Assembly: GCA_965222615.1 (NCBI GenBank)
Contig: CBDCUI010000007.1
Location: forward strand, 313,080-377,079
Source of the DNA: Gammaproteobacteria bacterium
GTDB lineage: Bacteria; Pseudomonadota; Gammaproteobacteria; UBA4575
Reading direction: 5' to 3'
DNA: 64,000 nucleotides
Both the position numbers and the translations under genes were made by a program. Of the stretch, positions 10,667 through 20,825 are shown piece after piece; within the stretch, counting starts at the first letter, position 1; each line of letters begins with the position of its first letter. The notes beneath the pieces were generated by a model that was given only the letters and a program-made list of their open reading frames with translations, searched no databases and was not told the DNA's origin.

Positions 10667-12300
10667 AAAACACGACATTAGCAACATCAGCCCACACTAT
10701 AGATCCTATAAAAAATGGGCGATGTATCGCTTTATTTCCAGGTGCATTTCGACCACCTCATAAAGCACACATCCTGGCTGTACGATCTTTATGTGAGTGT
10801 GAAGAAATCGATGAGATAGTAATCATTATTTCAAATCGGTGGCGTCACATAACTGGAACAAACATGGTATTAGGACCGCAGAGTTCTAAAGCGATTTGGA
10901 AAATAATTCTTACCGATCAGGCTTATAGCAAAGTACGTGTTGAAGTTGCACATCATACTGCTATTTCTTATGCACTTAGCTATTTTCAAAAACTTACCCC
11001 ACAAGATCAAATTTTATTTTGTTTAGGCAAACAAGATTATCGACATGGTGATGATCGATTTATTGCAATCAAAAAGCTCTCTTCAGAATTTGACATTAAA
11101 GCAGACTTAAGAATCCTGCCTACAGGAAACGAAAATATCCGCTCTAGTGAATTACGCAAGGCGCTACCTAATCCCTTTGTTGCGCGCGCCTTACTCTCAT
11201 CATCACTGCCACCAGAGCTTTCAACACAACAGCGCAATCAAATTCAAAAAATTTGTGAAGATGGACAAAAAGAAATTTCTAAAATTCTCAGCAATAAGTT
11301 AAAGAAGGTACTGCATGATCATGGAATGCTCATGATTAAAGATATACATGTTGCAGGAAATAATATTCTTGATTCTACGTTTAAAATTTCACTAAAAAAT
11401 GGAACACACTACTATGGAAAATATACTGGAGACGCTGTTCACACCTCTAATCATAAACCAAGCAACCGTATTTCTATAGAAAAACGTGCTTTATCACGAA
11501 TCCATCGGATCATTGATAAGGAAATTCAGCTTCCTGAAGTTGTCATATTTGATAAAAAATACCGCACTCTGATCGTAACTGATGCATGCCCGCATGGCGA
11601 GCCGCTTGAGAAACAAATTATAAATGGTATTTGTTCGAAAAAAGCCTTACAAAATATTGTTATTTTTTTAAACAAATGTCACCAAGCTAGAAAAATAAAG
11701 CCAATCCGAAAGGATTTTAAAGAAGATATTACACATTGGCACTCTATGCTTGGTGCAATTGGTAGTAACCATCCAATATTGCCTAGCCACAAGCTATTAA
11801 ATAAAGAGCTATGTTTATTACATAAAAAAAGCTCTAGTTCTGCACTAGAATGTTTTATGTTATTAGATAATTCGCCCTCACATTATCTAATTGATAGTGA
11901 TGGCAAGGTCGCAAGAATTAATTTTGAATATTGTAGTAGCTTTGGCGACCCTGCTTACGATCTCGGAGAATTTCTAGCACATATAATATTAGCAACCATA
12001 ATAAAATATCAATCAAAGTATAACTTTTCAACACTTTCTATTCTCAACTACTACAAGCATTCCACAAATGAAACTTTGTATGAGTTTAATTCTAGAGTTA
12101 TCAATTATATTGGCGCACACATATTAAAGTTATTAGCGGATCGTGGCGAAACATATCTTTCAGAAATACAGAATTTACTCCAATACTGGGCAATAGACTT
12201 ACTAAAGATCAAGCCTAATAAAAATTATTCTATTGTTGGTACATTACAGAGTAGCTTTAAAAATCAACTGCATGCAAAAACAGTAAAGGAATACAATTAA
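10663..12300 (+). CDS. Bifunctional nucleotidyltransferase (cytidylyltransferase-like HxGH) / APH-like kinase fusion
   Basis: N-terminal GRCIALFPGAFRPPHKAHI (HxGH-type nucleotidyltransferase motif). C-terminal LIDSDGKVARINFEYCSSFGDPAYDLGEF (kinase DFG-like motif). Confidence 0.55.
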   Translation: MKNTTLATSAHTIDPIKNGRCIALFPGAFRPPHKAHILAVRSLCECEEIDEIVIIISNRWRHITGTNMVLGPQSSKAIWKIILTDQAYSKVRVEVAHHTAISYALSYFQKLTPQDQILFCLGKQDYRHGDDRFIAIKKLSSEFDIKADLRILPTGNENIRSSELRKALPNPFVARALLSSSLPPELSTQQRNQIQKICEDGQKEISKILSNKLKKVLHDHGMLMIKDIHVAGNNILDSTFKISLKNGTHYYGKYTGDAVHTSNHKPSNRISIEKRALSRIHRIIDKEIQLPEVVIFDKKYRTLIVTDACPHGEPLEKQIINGICSKKALQNIVIFLNKCHQARKIKPIRKDFKEDITHWHSMLGAIGSNHPILPSHKLLNKELCLLHKKSSSSALECFMLLDNSPSHYLIDSDGKVARINFEYCSSFGDPAYDLGEFLAHIILATIIKYQSKYNFSTLSILNYYKHSTNETLYEFNSRVINYIGAHILKLLADRGETYLSEIQNLLQYWAIDLLKIKPNKNYSIVGTLQSSFKNQLHAKTVKEYN

Positions 12301-12318
12301 AAATATAGGGAAATAATT

Positions 12319-13773
12319 ATGAAAATATTACAAATACTATTTGTACTGTTAATATTTACTAACACATTATGCGCAGAGCAAACAGTAACTCAACAAAAAC
12401 AAACTTCAAAAAAAATACCAAAAGAATTGCTACAACGCCAAGATGATAAACGGCCTGATGATCAATATACAATTGATCTATTTGGAAGGCCGCTTGTGAT
12501 TGGAGGTGAATACGAAGCCACATTAACACATGAAGAAGACTACACATTAGACAAACGAGAAAGAGATGATCTTCTAAACTTTAACAATGAACTTCAATTA
12601 GAATTATTCTATATGTTAAGTAATAAAATATTCGCTTTTGCCGAAACAAAAGTTGAAATTAATGATGACTTATATGCTGAAGATGATAAAGAAAAATCTG
12701 AAACAGCATTAGATCGTGGGGAACTATGGTTTTATTTTAGTAGGCTATTTGAAAGTAATTTAAGCTTGCAACTTGGCCGGCAGAACTACCAAAGTATTCG
12801 CGAATGGTGGTGGGATGATGATTTAGATGCAATCCGACTACACTATAATCTTGAATACCTACATGGAGAAATTTCTATTGCTGAAGAGATTGATCGAGTA
12901 TCGACTAGAGAAGATATCGATCCAAATGAAAAAGATATCACGCGTATACTCAGCCAAATAAATTGGCAATGGAATGAAAATCATTATCTAGGTATTTATT
13001 ACTTGTATCACGATGACCACTCAAGCACGCCTGAGATTGGCCGCATTTTCGATGAAGATGAAAGTGATGACGTCGATTCAAAACTCACATGGTTCGGTTT
13101 TGATACTAGGGGAAAATTAAAAACTGAAAATCTAGGAAAAATATATTATTGGTCAAACTTGGCTTTTGTCCGTGGTCAAGATTCTGTGGTCGATTTCGAT
13201 GATTTATCTTCTGAACTAATCATCGTTAATAAAATTAAACGGCAAAATGTAAGAGGATGGGGGATAGACTTAGGTGCCACCTTTCGTACTAAGCTACCTC
13301 TTTCACCCAACTTGACAGTAGCTTATGCCACCACTTCAAAAGATAACAATTTAGAAACGGGTACAGACCGAACATTCCGGCAAACAGGTCTACAAGACAA
13401 CAACTATAAATTTAGAGGTGTAGATCGATTTAGATATTATGGCGAACTGCTACGACCGGAATTATCTAACTTGAGAATTTTTACTGCAGCTGTAGGCATT
13501 CCTATACTTAACAACAGTTCCATTGAACTCATTTATCATAACTACAGACAAGTAGCAAAAGCAGATTTTTTACGTGAAATAGACATTGATGCTGATCCCA
13601 ATGGGCGTAAAAAAGATATTGGGGACGAACTAGATTTAATATTTGGAGTTAAAGAATGGAAACATGTGGAATTAGAATTTATCAGTTCGATTTTTAAACC
13701 TGGCAATGCATTTGATAGCAGCAATAATGATCCTGCACATAAATTTGAATTTAAATTTAGTTATAATTTTTGA
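12319..13773 (+). CDS. Outer-membrane beta-barrel protein (putative polysaccharide or substrate export porin)
   Basis: Signal peptide MKILQILFVLLIFTNTLCAEQ. Alternating amphipathic strands. C-terminal ...FKFSYNF with a terminal Phe. Confidence 0.55.
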   Translation: MKILQILFVLLIFTNTLCAEQTVTQQKQTSKKIPKELLQRQDDKRPDDQYTIDLFGRPLVIGGEYEATLTHEEDYTLDKRERDDLLNFNNELQLELFYMLSNKIFAFAETKVEINDDLYAEDDKEKSETALDRGELWFYFSRLFESNLSLQLGRQNYQSIREWWWDDDLDAIRLHYNLEYLHGEISIAEEIDRVSTREDIDPNEKDITRILSQINWQWNENHYLGIYYLYHDDHSSTPEIGRIFDEDESDDVDSKLTWFGFDTRGKLKTENLGKIYYWSNLAFVRGQDSVVDFDDLSSELIIVNKIKRQNVRGWGIDLGATFRTKLPLSPNLTVAYATTSKDNNLETGTDRTFRQTGLQDNNYKFRGVDRFRYYGELLRPELSNLRIFTAAVGIPILNNSSIELIYHNYRQVAKADFLREIDIDADPNGRKKDIGDELDLIFGVKEWKHVELEFISSIFKPGNAFDSSNNDPAHKFEFKFSYNF

Positions 13774-14341
13774 TATTTCTTAATCTTAGACAAAATCAAC
13801 AACTAAGTGCACCACAATTGACTAAAGTAGCAACATAAATATTTAGGTAGAACACTCCACAGGGTAATCTGATAGTTTAAGGTTTACAACAACTTCAAGA
13901 TCAGGAGACTTTTATGTATTATATCCATCTTGGCGCACGCGGACGTATGCGTATCTTTTATTTAACCTAATATGGCTAAGACTGAGAGACGTTTGAATAG
14001 ATTCGCAGCTGGGCACTCGATTTTTACGTGATAAATTAATTGGGAAATAAAGCTTAGTCATATTTAAAATTATTATTGATTATTCATCTTTTCTAATACT
14101 AATGGTGACAACATCACTCACACAATAACAACGATAAGAATTTATAAGTTTACTTGTTTTGCGCATTATCAAATAAACACTTCTAATCCATTTTAGTTCT
14201 CGACCATTATTTCAACCGCTTTTCCAATAACATCGCTTCTTGATTAATTATTTGATATTTTTCTCGTGTATTGAGATTGAATAGACATATTTTCACTTGA
14301 ATTGTAAATATGATTCACTCTAAATAATTCTTAACAATGTA

Positions 14342-15946
14342 ATGACACAAGCAATAAAATCTTGGATTAGTTGTATAGATAGCTTAGCTCGTCATTCCAT
14401 TTTATCGATTACTGCATTGGCGACATTAGCACTGTTCCTTTGTATCCTGCCTAGTTTCTTTGCCGATCTACCAATTCCTTCCGTTCATGACGAAAGAGGT
14501 TACTGGTTAAGCGCGGAAACATTTGCGCAGGGGCGCCTAACCAACCCAACCCATCCTCATTGGAAACATTTCGAAACAATTCACCAATTGCAAGTGCCTA
14601 GTTACCAGTCTAAATATCCGCCGGCACAGGGATTAATCATGGCTTTGGGTCTCAAACTTGGTCATCCGATTTACGGGGTGTGGCTGAGTATCGCATTTAT
14701 GGTCGGTGCTATCGTTTGGATGATGCAGGCCTGGCTACCACCACGGTGGGCGGTAATTGGTGGCTTTGTCGCCATACTGCAATTTATATTGATAGGAAAG
14801 GCACATTCAACTGGAGACTGGGGATATTGGAGTCAGACCTATTGGGGCGGAGCAATGGCCGCAACGGGAGGCGCACTGCTGTTTGGTGCAGTAAAAAGGT
14901 TAGTCAAAGCGCCCAGCATAAGCGCTACTTTTGCTTTGTGTCTGGGTGCATCGATATTGGCACTGAGCAGACCGAAGGAAGGCTTTTTAGTATTTGCCTT
15001 GGTCGCAGTGTTATTGGCTATATGGTTTTTTCGATTACGTGGCCAAAACTTACGAGATGCCATGGTAAAAGTGATTCTACCTGCAATTGTATTGATATCC
15101 TGCACTTTTGTATTTATTGGTATTTATAACAAAGAAGTAACTGGAAATGCCTGGGAGATGCCGTGGCAAACACATTATAAACAATATGTTGTCTTCCCTA
15201 TTTGGCTTTGGGGTGAACCACGCACCGATGTAGTATGGAATAACAAACAATTGCAGGAATTTCATGGTGGATGGGAGCTAGAACTCTATACACGCCACAG
15301 CGGTTTAAAAGGATTTATAACCACATCATTGCGCAAAATTGCCAGATTCTGGGTATTTTATATCGGGCCAATTTTTTCACTAGCACTGTTAACCTTACCA
15401 TGGATATTAAGAAGTCGTTGGATGCTTTTAATATTTGCCAGCATCGCTTTAATTTTCGTTAATAACCTCGTATCGTTTGCCGCTTTCCCCCACTATTCCG
15501 CACCAATTACGGCGGCTATCGTACTCTTGATAACAGCAGGGTTACGTCATCTTTACCATTTTCGTTGGCGCGAAATTGCTGTCGGACAAAAACTTGTACT
15601 TGCCATGTTTGCGCTAGCCATACTACAACTTTTAATTGCTTTCCCAAATGTAGTTAAAGACATGAACAACACTGGATTACGCGAAAAAATACGAGCTCAA
15701 TTACTTGAGAACTCGCAAAAAGATTTGTTGTTTATCCGCTATGGGCCTAAACGTGGTGTGCACAGTGAATGGGTATTTAATGCAGCTGATATAAATGGAT
15801 CAGAAGTTATATGGGCACGGGAATTAAGCAAAGAGCAAAATGAATCACTAATAAATTACTACCCAGACCGCAAAGTATGGTTAGTAAAAGTGGGTTTTGA
15901 TGAAACGCCACAGTTACTGCCTTATCCAACAACAATTCATAATTAG
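14342..15946 (+). CDS. Polytopic integral membrane protein (possibly glycosyltransferase-C-fold or O-antigen/polymer-related)
   Basis: More than 10 predicted hydrophobic helices and no soluble catalytic motif recognised. Confidence 0.4.
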   Translation: MTQAIKSWISCIDSLARHSILSITALATLALFLCILPSFFADLPIPSVHDERGYWLSAETFAQGRLTNPTHPHWKHFETIHQLQVPSYQSKYPPAQGLIMALGLKLGHPIYGVWLSIAFMVGAIVWMMQAWLPPRWAVIGGFVAILQFILIGKAHSTGDWGYWSQTYWGGAMAATGGALLFGAVKRLVKAPSISATFALCLGASILALSRPKEGFLVFALVAVLLAIWFFRLRGQNLRDAMVKVILPAIVLISCTFVFIGIYNKEVTGNAWEMPWQTHYKQYVVFPIWLWGEPRTDVVWNNKQLQEFHGGWELELYTRHSGLKGFITTSLRKIARFWVFYIGPIFSLALLTLPWILRSRWMLLIFASIALIFVNNLVSFAAFPHYSAPITAAIVLLITAGLRHLYHFRWREIAVGQKLVLAMFALAILQLLIAFPNVVKDMNNTGLREKIRAQLLENSQKDLLFIRYGPKRGVHSEWVFNAADINGSEVIWARELSKEQNESLINYYPDRKVWLVKVGFDETPQLLPYPTTIHN

Positions 15947-16247
15947 TTATTTAACACTTATTTAAAGCCAAAGAAATAGAATATAAAGTCTTACTTGACC
16001 AAGCCACACTTAAGCTACGTGCTTATTCAAAAGAAACTGTTATAGCTGAAAAATGTCATGCCTTAGTAGAGTTTGGCATAACAACTATTTTCTTGAAAGA
16101 CTTTTATGATTTATATGTGATGGTTAGTAAATTTCAAAGGCGGGTCTGGTCGTTAGCACTCTATTTTCAATTAACTAAAGGTGGTACGAGATCCAATGCT
16201 TAAGGTTTGCTTACATGATTAATATACTCAACTAGATAAATTGAGAT

Positions 16248-16814
16248 TTAGTGAAGCAGATGTTCAATTCCGGAAGCAAAATGGCGACCATTAATTAGAT
16301 TCTCAGTCATTGAGCCGAGTTCAATGACTAATTGCTTTTCATCATCAGTGAATTTTCTAGCCCGAGTATCTACTAAGCACAGCGTCCCAATATTCATGCC
16401 CGAATCAGTTTGTAATACATAACTTATATAGAATCGAACCCAAGGCTTACCAACCACTTGTGGGTTACCAAAGGTTCGACTGTCTTCTTTCGTATCATAA
16501 ATTTCGTAAATTCGCTCTTTCGGATTACGGGATGTAACCTCACAAATTGCATGGGCACAAATGGAAATATCTCGTGGCACCTCTGTGGCATCAATCCCCC
16601 AGGCCGACTTAAACCACTGACGATCTACATCCATTAGAGTAACGAGGCAAATTGGTACTTCAAGTTTTTCAGCTGCAAACCGCGTAATGCAGTCAAGCCG
16701 AATATCTGGTGGAGTATCCAGAACATCAAGTGCATGCAGCGCCTGTAACCGGTGTAATTCATTTTCAGGAAATGAAGCAACTATCAAAGATCTACCCTCC
16801 AACCCTCCAACCAT
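16248..16814 (-). CDS. Stand-alone GAF domain protein
   Basis: LQALHALDVLDTPPDIRLDCITRFAAEKLEVPICLVTLMDVDRQWFKS...ICAHAICE matches the consensus of the N-terminal GAF domain of GGDEF/EAL sensor proteins. Confidence 0.7.
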   Translation of the reverse strand: MVGGLEGRSLIVASFPENELHRLQALHALDVLDTPPDIRLDCITRFAAEKLEVPICLVTLMDVDRQWFKSAWGIDATEVPRDISICAHAICEVTSRNPKERIYEIYDTKEDSRTFGNPQVVGKPWVRFYISYVLQTDSGMNIGTLCLVDTRARKFTDDEKQLVIELGSMTENLINGRHFASGIEHLLH

Positions 16815-17047
16815 CCAAAATAAATAAAAATATAGTAACTATATCTCGCATTTATAGATAGAAAGTTTAATTTAATATTATTAATATTATTTATAGTGAA
16901 CACACAGGTGTAACCAATGTAATCAATATCCGTTTAACGACACTGTGCGCTTACACATACATAAAACAAAATTTATTTTTAAATAGAGAAATGAGATTAA
17001 CGTTATTAGTCTCTATTATACTTATTTTCTCAACTATATTTATCTTC

Positions 17048-18103
17048 TCAACAATCACATATAGGATCGCGAATCAGCATAATACCAAAAGGAATATCCC
17101 CTGTTGTCACCGATCTTCCATTCATTGGGATACCATTATCATCCAGATCATAAATACTCGTGAATTCGGACCCGGAATAACTATGAGTCACGAATAATTT
17201 GTGGTTGGTAATAGAAACCATCACATTGTGAGGAAAAGGTAGAGCTGCATCTACTGGGCTACCTTCGACAAAACTAAAGTCTTTTAAGTCAATTGTATAT
17301 AAAGATCCACTACCGTTACCTGATTCAATATCAGTTACATATAGATGGGTTTCTTGCTCATTCGCCCATATTCCATGAGCACCGGGAATATCCAAAGTAC
17401 CTGTCACCCTGAGTTGTCTTGGATTGATTCTTAAAACCTTCCCATTATCTTGAGTGGCCACATATAACTTACTTTTTTTAAATCCCCAAAAGAGAAGATG
17501 AGGATCTCCACCAACCTTTAGCCGCCGCTTTTCTTTAAAAGTTTTACCACTATATTTTATTAACCAGCCTTCTTCTTTTCCTGTTGTAGAAAATAAACTT
17601 ACAATAGCCGAATTTTTAGTTACAGTAATATCATGAGGCTTAAAATCAGCAGCCAAATCTTCCGGAATTGGAACCGTTGCGAGCACTTCTTTTGTTTCAA
17701 GGGAAATAACTGTCATTGTTTTGTCAATATCATTGACCACCCACATTTGACCCAATTCACCGTGGTTCCACATATGGAAGACCCCATTACCAGTGGGAAT
17801 TTCAGCCGTTCTTCGCAAACGCAATGCATCGTAAACTAACACCCGACTATGTCCTCGATCTCCTATCCAGATTTCATCGGAAAAGAAAGGGTTTTGTGCA
17901 TACATTGGCTCAGATCCTTCTTCCAACTCAATCTGAACTTTCCTTTCACTTTCCATATCAATCAAAGTGACAGTTTCAGCATTACGATTGGCTACGGCGA
18001 TTTTTGTCCCCGTGGGAGATGGAGGAGTTCCTGGTCGTGGAGGCAATTCTGCAAATACAGTTTGCGCAAAGAAAAATAAAACGAAAGCAACCCAGTAGTT
18101 CAT
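17048..18103 (-). CDS. Secreted beta-propeller protein (YVTN/YncE-like repeats)
   Basis: Signal peptide MNYWVAFVLFFFAQTVFA. Repeated ...LYVT/YVTD... blades. Confidence 0.5.
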   Translation of the reverse strand: MNYWVAFVLFFFAQTVFAELPPRPGTPPSPTGTKIAVANRNAETVTLIDMESERKVQIELEEGSEPMYAQNPFFSDEIWIGDRGHSRVLVYDALRLRRTAEIPTGNGVFHMWNHGELGQMWVVNDIDKTMTVISLETKEVLATVPIPEDLAADFKPHDITVTKNSAIVSLFSTTGKEEGWLIKYSGKTFKEKRRLKVGGDPHLLFWGFKKSKLYVATQDNGKVLRINPRQLRVTGTLDIPGAHGIWANEQETHLYVTDIESGNGSGSLYTIDLKDFSFVEGSPVDAALPFPHNVMVSITNHKLFVTHSYSGSEFTSIYDLDDNGIPMNGRSVTTGDIPFGIMLIRDPICDC

Positions 18104-18956
18104 GTTGTTGTCCCCTTTTTTAATTATAAATGTAAGAATTAATACGAATTAATACTTAACAATGTATAAATATAAAATAATATGTCTTGTTTAATCAATG
18201 TTTAAATTTTCATTATATTGATAATAACATTGTAAATGGTTTATTTAGATGCAATTTAATAAAAAAAATAAGCCTCCCTATATCTCTCGCCTTGTAATAG
18301 CAAATATGTCAAAATTTTGACGGAGTTTATAAATAGCCGACCTTTATATCTTTTAGGGGTTAAATCTACGTTTTGAACAAACTACCACTACCCTTTATTT
18401 AAAAATTCTAACCTTTATTTATAGTGGCAGAGAACATATGCGCATGGAACACTTGCATGTGAGTACTACATGCAAACTAAGTATCACAAAACGATATAAA
18501 AATTTTCTGCCTTTCACATAAATTAATGGCGACGAAGTCACACTTGGAAACCACGACACGAGGATTTTCAGTGCACCATTATCCAAAAACACTACTAGAT
18601 ATGATCAAACCAGAGCAAATACTAAAATTTGTAACTACTTAATTAATCCAGCACCTTAGATCAATTTGAGTTAATTTGCTGAATTCTAGTAAACGCTAAT
18701 CGCTGTACCTCTATTGTGCCTTTTCTATTAAGTACAAAGTGCCACTAATTTTCGAAGCAACTAACTAAAAGTCCACATTGTAAATGTTTTCAATGCCAAA
18801 AGAATGATGATGCCCATTTTTACAATTGCCCCCAAATATTGAACAAATATTTGATATAGATCCCTATAATTTAACCTTTTAGCATGAAAATGTTGAAACT
18901 TTGTACGCAGGGACATAGTCTAGACATATGAATGTAATAGACACAATAAAGAAAAG

Positions 18957-19382
18957 ATGAGTATTCTTTATAAAATAAGAAAAAACACAGTAATCAGCCA
19001 AGTCCTTTTATTGGCACTGGTATTCGCTCTCTTTTTATTGCCTTTTGCTTCATGGAGTGCGTTCGAACACGCCAAGCAAACTACCTCACAAACTGACAAT
19101 ACGATGGGGAAAAGTGCTAATTTCGGCATGATCAATTGCCATCACCAACCCAGTAGTAACTACGAGGGTGCCTGTACGAAGAGTTGCTGTGACAATCCTG
19201 AAACAAATCAAAATTGTGAAGATTGCACAAATGGCTGCCTATCCACCGTATTTATTTCCATTGACCTTAAGAATATTTATCAGTTGATCAATTATTACAG
19301 GATCGTACAAAACTTCCAGTCAGCGATCTCATCTAGAAAAATTACACCCCCCTTTCGCCCACCAATAATATTTCTTTCATAG
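18957..19382 (+). CDS. Small membrane-anchored Cys/His-rich protein upstream of the cus operon
   Basis: N-terminal hydrophobic anchor. CHHQPSSNYEGACTKSCCDNPETNQNCEDCTNGC cluster. Confidence 0.3.
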   Translation: MSILYKIRKNTVISQVLLLALVFALFLLPFASWSAFEHAKQTTSQTDNTMGKSANFGMINCHHQPSSNYEGACTKSCCDNPETNQNCEDCTNGCLSTVFISIDLKNIYQLINYYRIVQNFQSAISSRKITPPFRPPIIFLS

Positions 19383-19481
19383 AGTTATTCGTACACCGCA
19401 AATAAGCGCCAAAATGAGGTGCTCGACGGACGTGTTTCGAATTTAATCATTAAAGTTTGAACTTATGAAAGGAGCACAGCT

Positions 19482-20825
19482 ATGTGCAAACTGGAATACA
19501 TCACTAACGATTGTTCACATCAATCGTACACATATATTGATAAATATGTCATCACAGTAAAACTGAGATGTAACAAATACATTGTGCAATTGCTACTGGC
19601 TGCACTGATCGTTCAGTTCTTTATCACTTCACCAATATATGCATTAAATTTGCGTGAAGTCGAGCAGATCACAGAACAAAAGGCTTTCATTTCCAAGGCG
19701 CATCAGTTACGAGGCGATGCTCTTGGTGAGTCAGCAATTGCTAATGCACAACTTCCAGATCCACAATTGAATCTTGGACTGTTCAACCTACCTACGGACG
19801 ATTTTGATATAAATAGTGAGCCCAATACTCAATTGAGGTTTGGAATATCACAATCTTTCCCACGTGGAAAAACACTTGCTTTTAAAGAAAAACAAACAAA
19901 ATGGGCAAGTAATGCAGAGTATAAACGTGCATCCGATGAAATTTCAAAATCAATTCGATCGGTACGTGAACATTATTTCAATCTTTATTATCAAATTGGT
20001 GCCCAAGAAATAATTAATGAAAGCCGTCAATATTTTATGCAACTTGTGGACATTGCCGAGTCTTATTACAAAGTTGGACGCGTTAATCAACAAGATGTGT
20101 TGCGAGCGCAACTCGAGCTATCACGATTGGATGATCGTGTTATCGAATTAAAAACTAAGGAGGACTTAGCAAGAGCTGAACTGAGTAAGTGGCTAGATGA
20201 AAAAGCATTTGAACCAATAGAAAAAGAATATCCATCATTGCCTCGCCTAGCTGCACAACAGGAAATTATTGATTCATTAATCAATCACCAGTCTATTCAA
20301 GCAGAAGATGCCATGGTTTCATTTTTCAACGAAAGCGTCGAAATTGCTCGTGAACAATACAAGCCTGGATGGAGTATTGGTGTTGAATATCGAAAACGTT
20401 TTGGCGACAACATTGATAGAACTAACCGTGAAGACCAAGCAGCTGCTATGGTAAAAGTTGATCTACCTATTTTTACCAACAAGCGTCAAGATCGACGTTT
20501 AGTTGCTAGTCAACACCAGGTCTCGGCAGCAAAATTTGTTCGAAGCGATAAATTGCAATCACTTAGACAAGCGGTTCTTAGAGATTATGCAAACTGGGAA
20601 CGGCTATCTGAAAGAAGCAATCTTTATGAAAAAAGGCTTGTGCCCGAGGCAAATGCAAATGCAAATGCCTCATTAACAGCATACCAAAGTGGAGTAACAG
20701 AATTTACAACACTTGCAAGAGCTCGTATTACTCAGCTGAATGTGCGCTTGGAAACATTACGAGCAAAAACGGAACACAGTCGTGCACATTCACGTCTTTT
20801 GTATCTTTCTGAAGGAGCATTGTGA
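19482..20825 (+). CDS. cusC: Outer membrane efflux protein (TolC/CusC family). Start codon uncertain.
   Basis: Two-repeat OEP architecture, coiled-coil segments and a C-terminal periplasmic region. Immediately precedes cusB and cusA with a 4-nt overlap. Confidence 0.7.
   Translation: MCKLEYITNDCSHQSYTYIDKYVITVKLRCNKYIVQLLLAALIVQFFITSPIYALNLREVEQITEQKAFISKAHQLRGDALGESAIANAQLPDPQLNLGLFNLPTDDFDINSEPNTQLRFGISQSFPRGKTLAFKEKQTKWASNAEYKRASDEISKSIRSVREHYFNLYYQIGAQEIINESRQYFMQLVDIAESYYKVGRVNQQDVLRAQLELSRLDDRVIELKTKEDLARAELSKWLDEKAFEPIEKEYPSLPRLAAQQEIIDSLINHQSIQAEDAMVSFFNESVEIAREQYKPGWSIGVEYRKRFGDNIDRTNREDQAAAMVKVDLPIFTNKRQDRRLVASQHQVSAAKFVRSDKLQSLRQAVLRDYANWERLSERSNLYEKRLVPEANANANASLTAYQSGVTEFTTLARARITQLNVRLETLRAKTEHSRAHSRLLYLSEGAL

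Noticed and set aside
14680-15129. 149-aa internal ORF within the membrane-protein gene, plus the antisense ORFs 14839-15105 and 15077-15265
   Set aside because: They are alternative frames inside a well-supported hydrophobic ORF with no independent signals.
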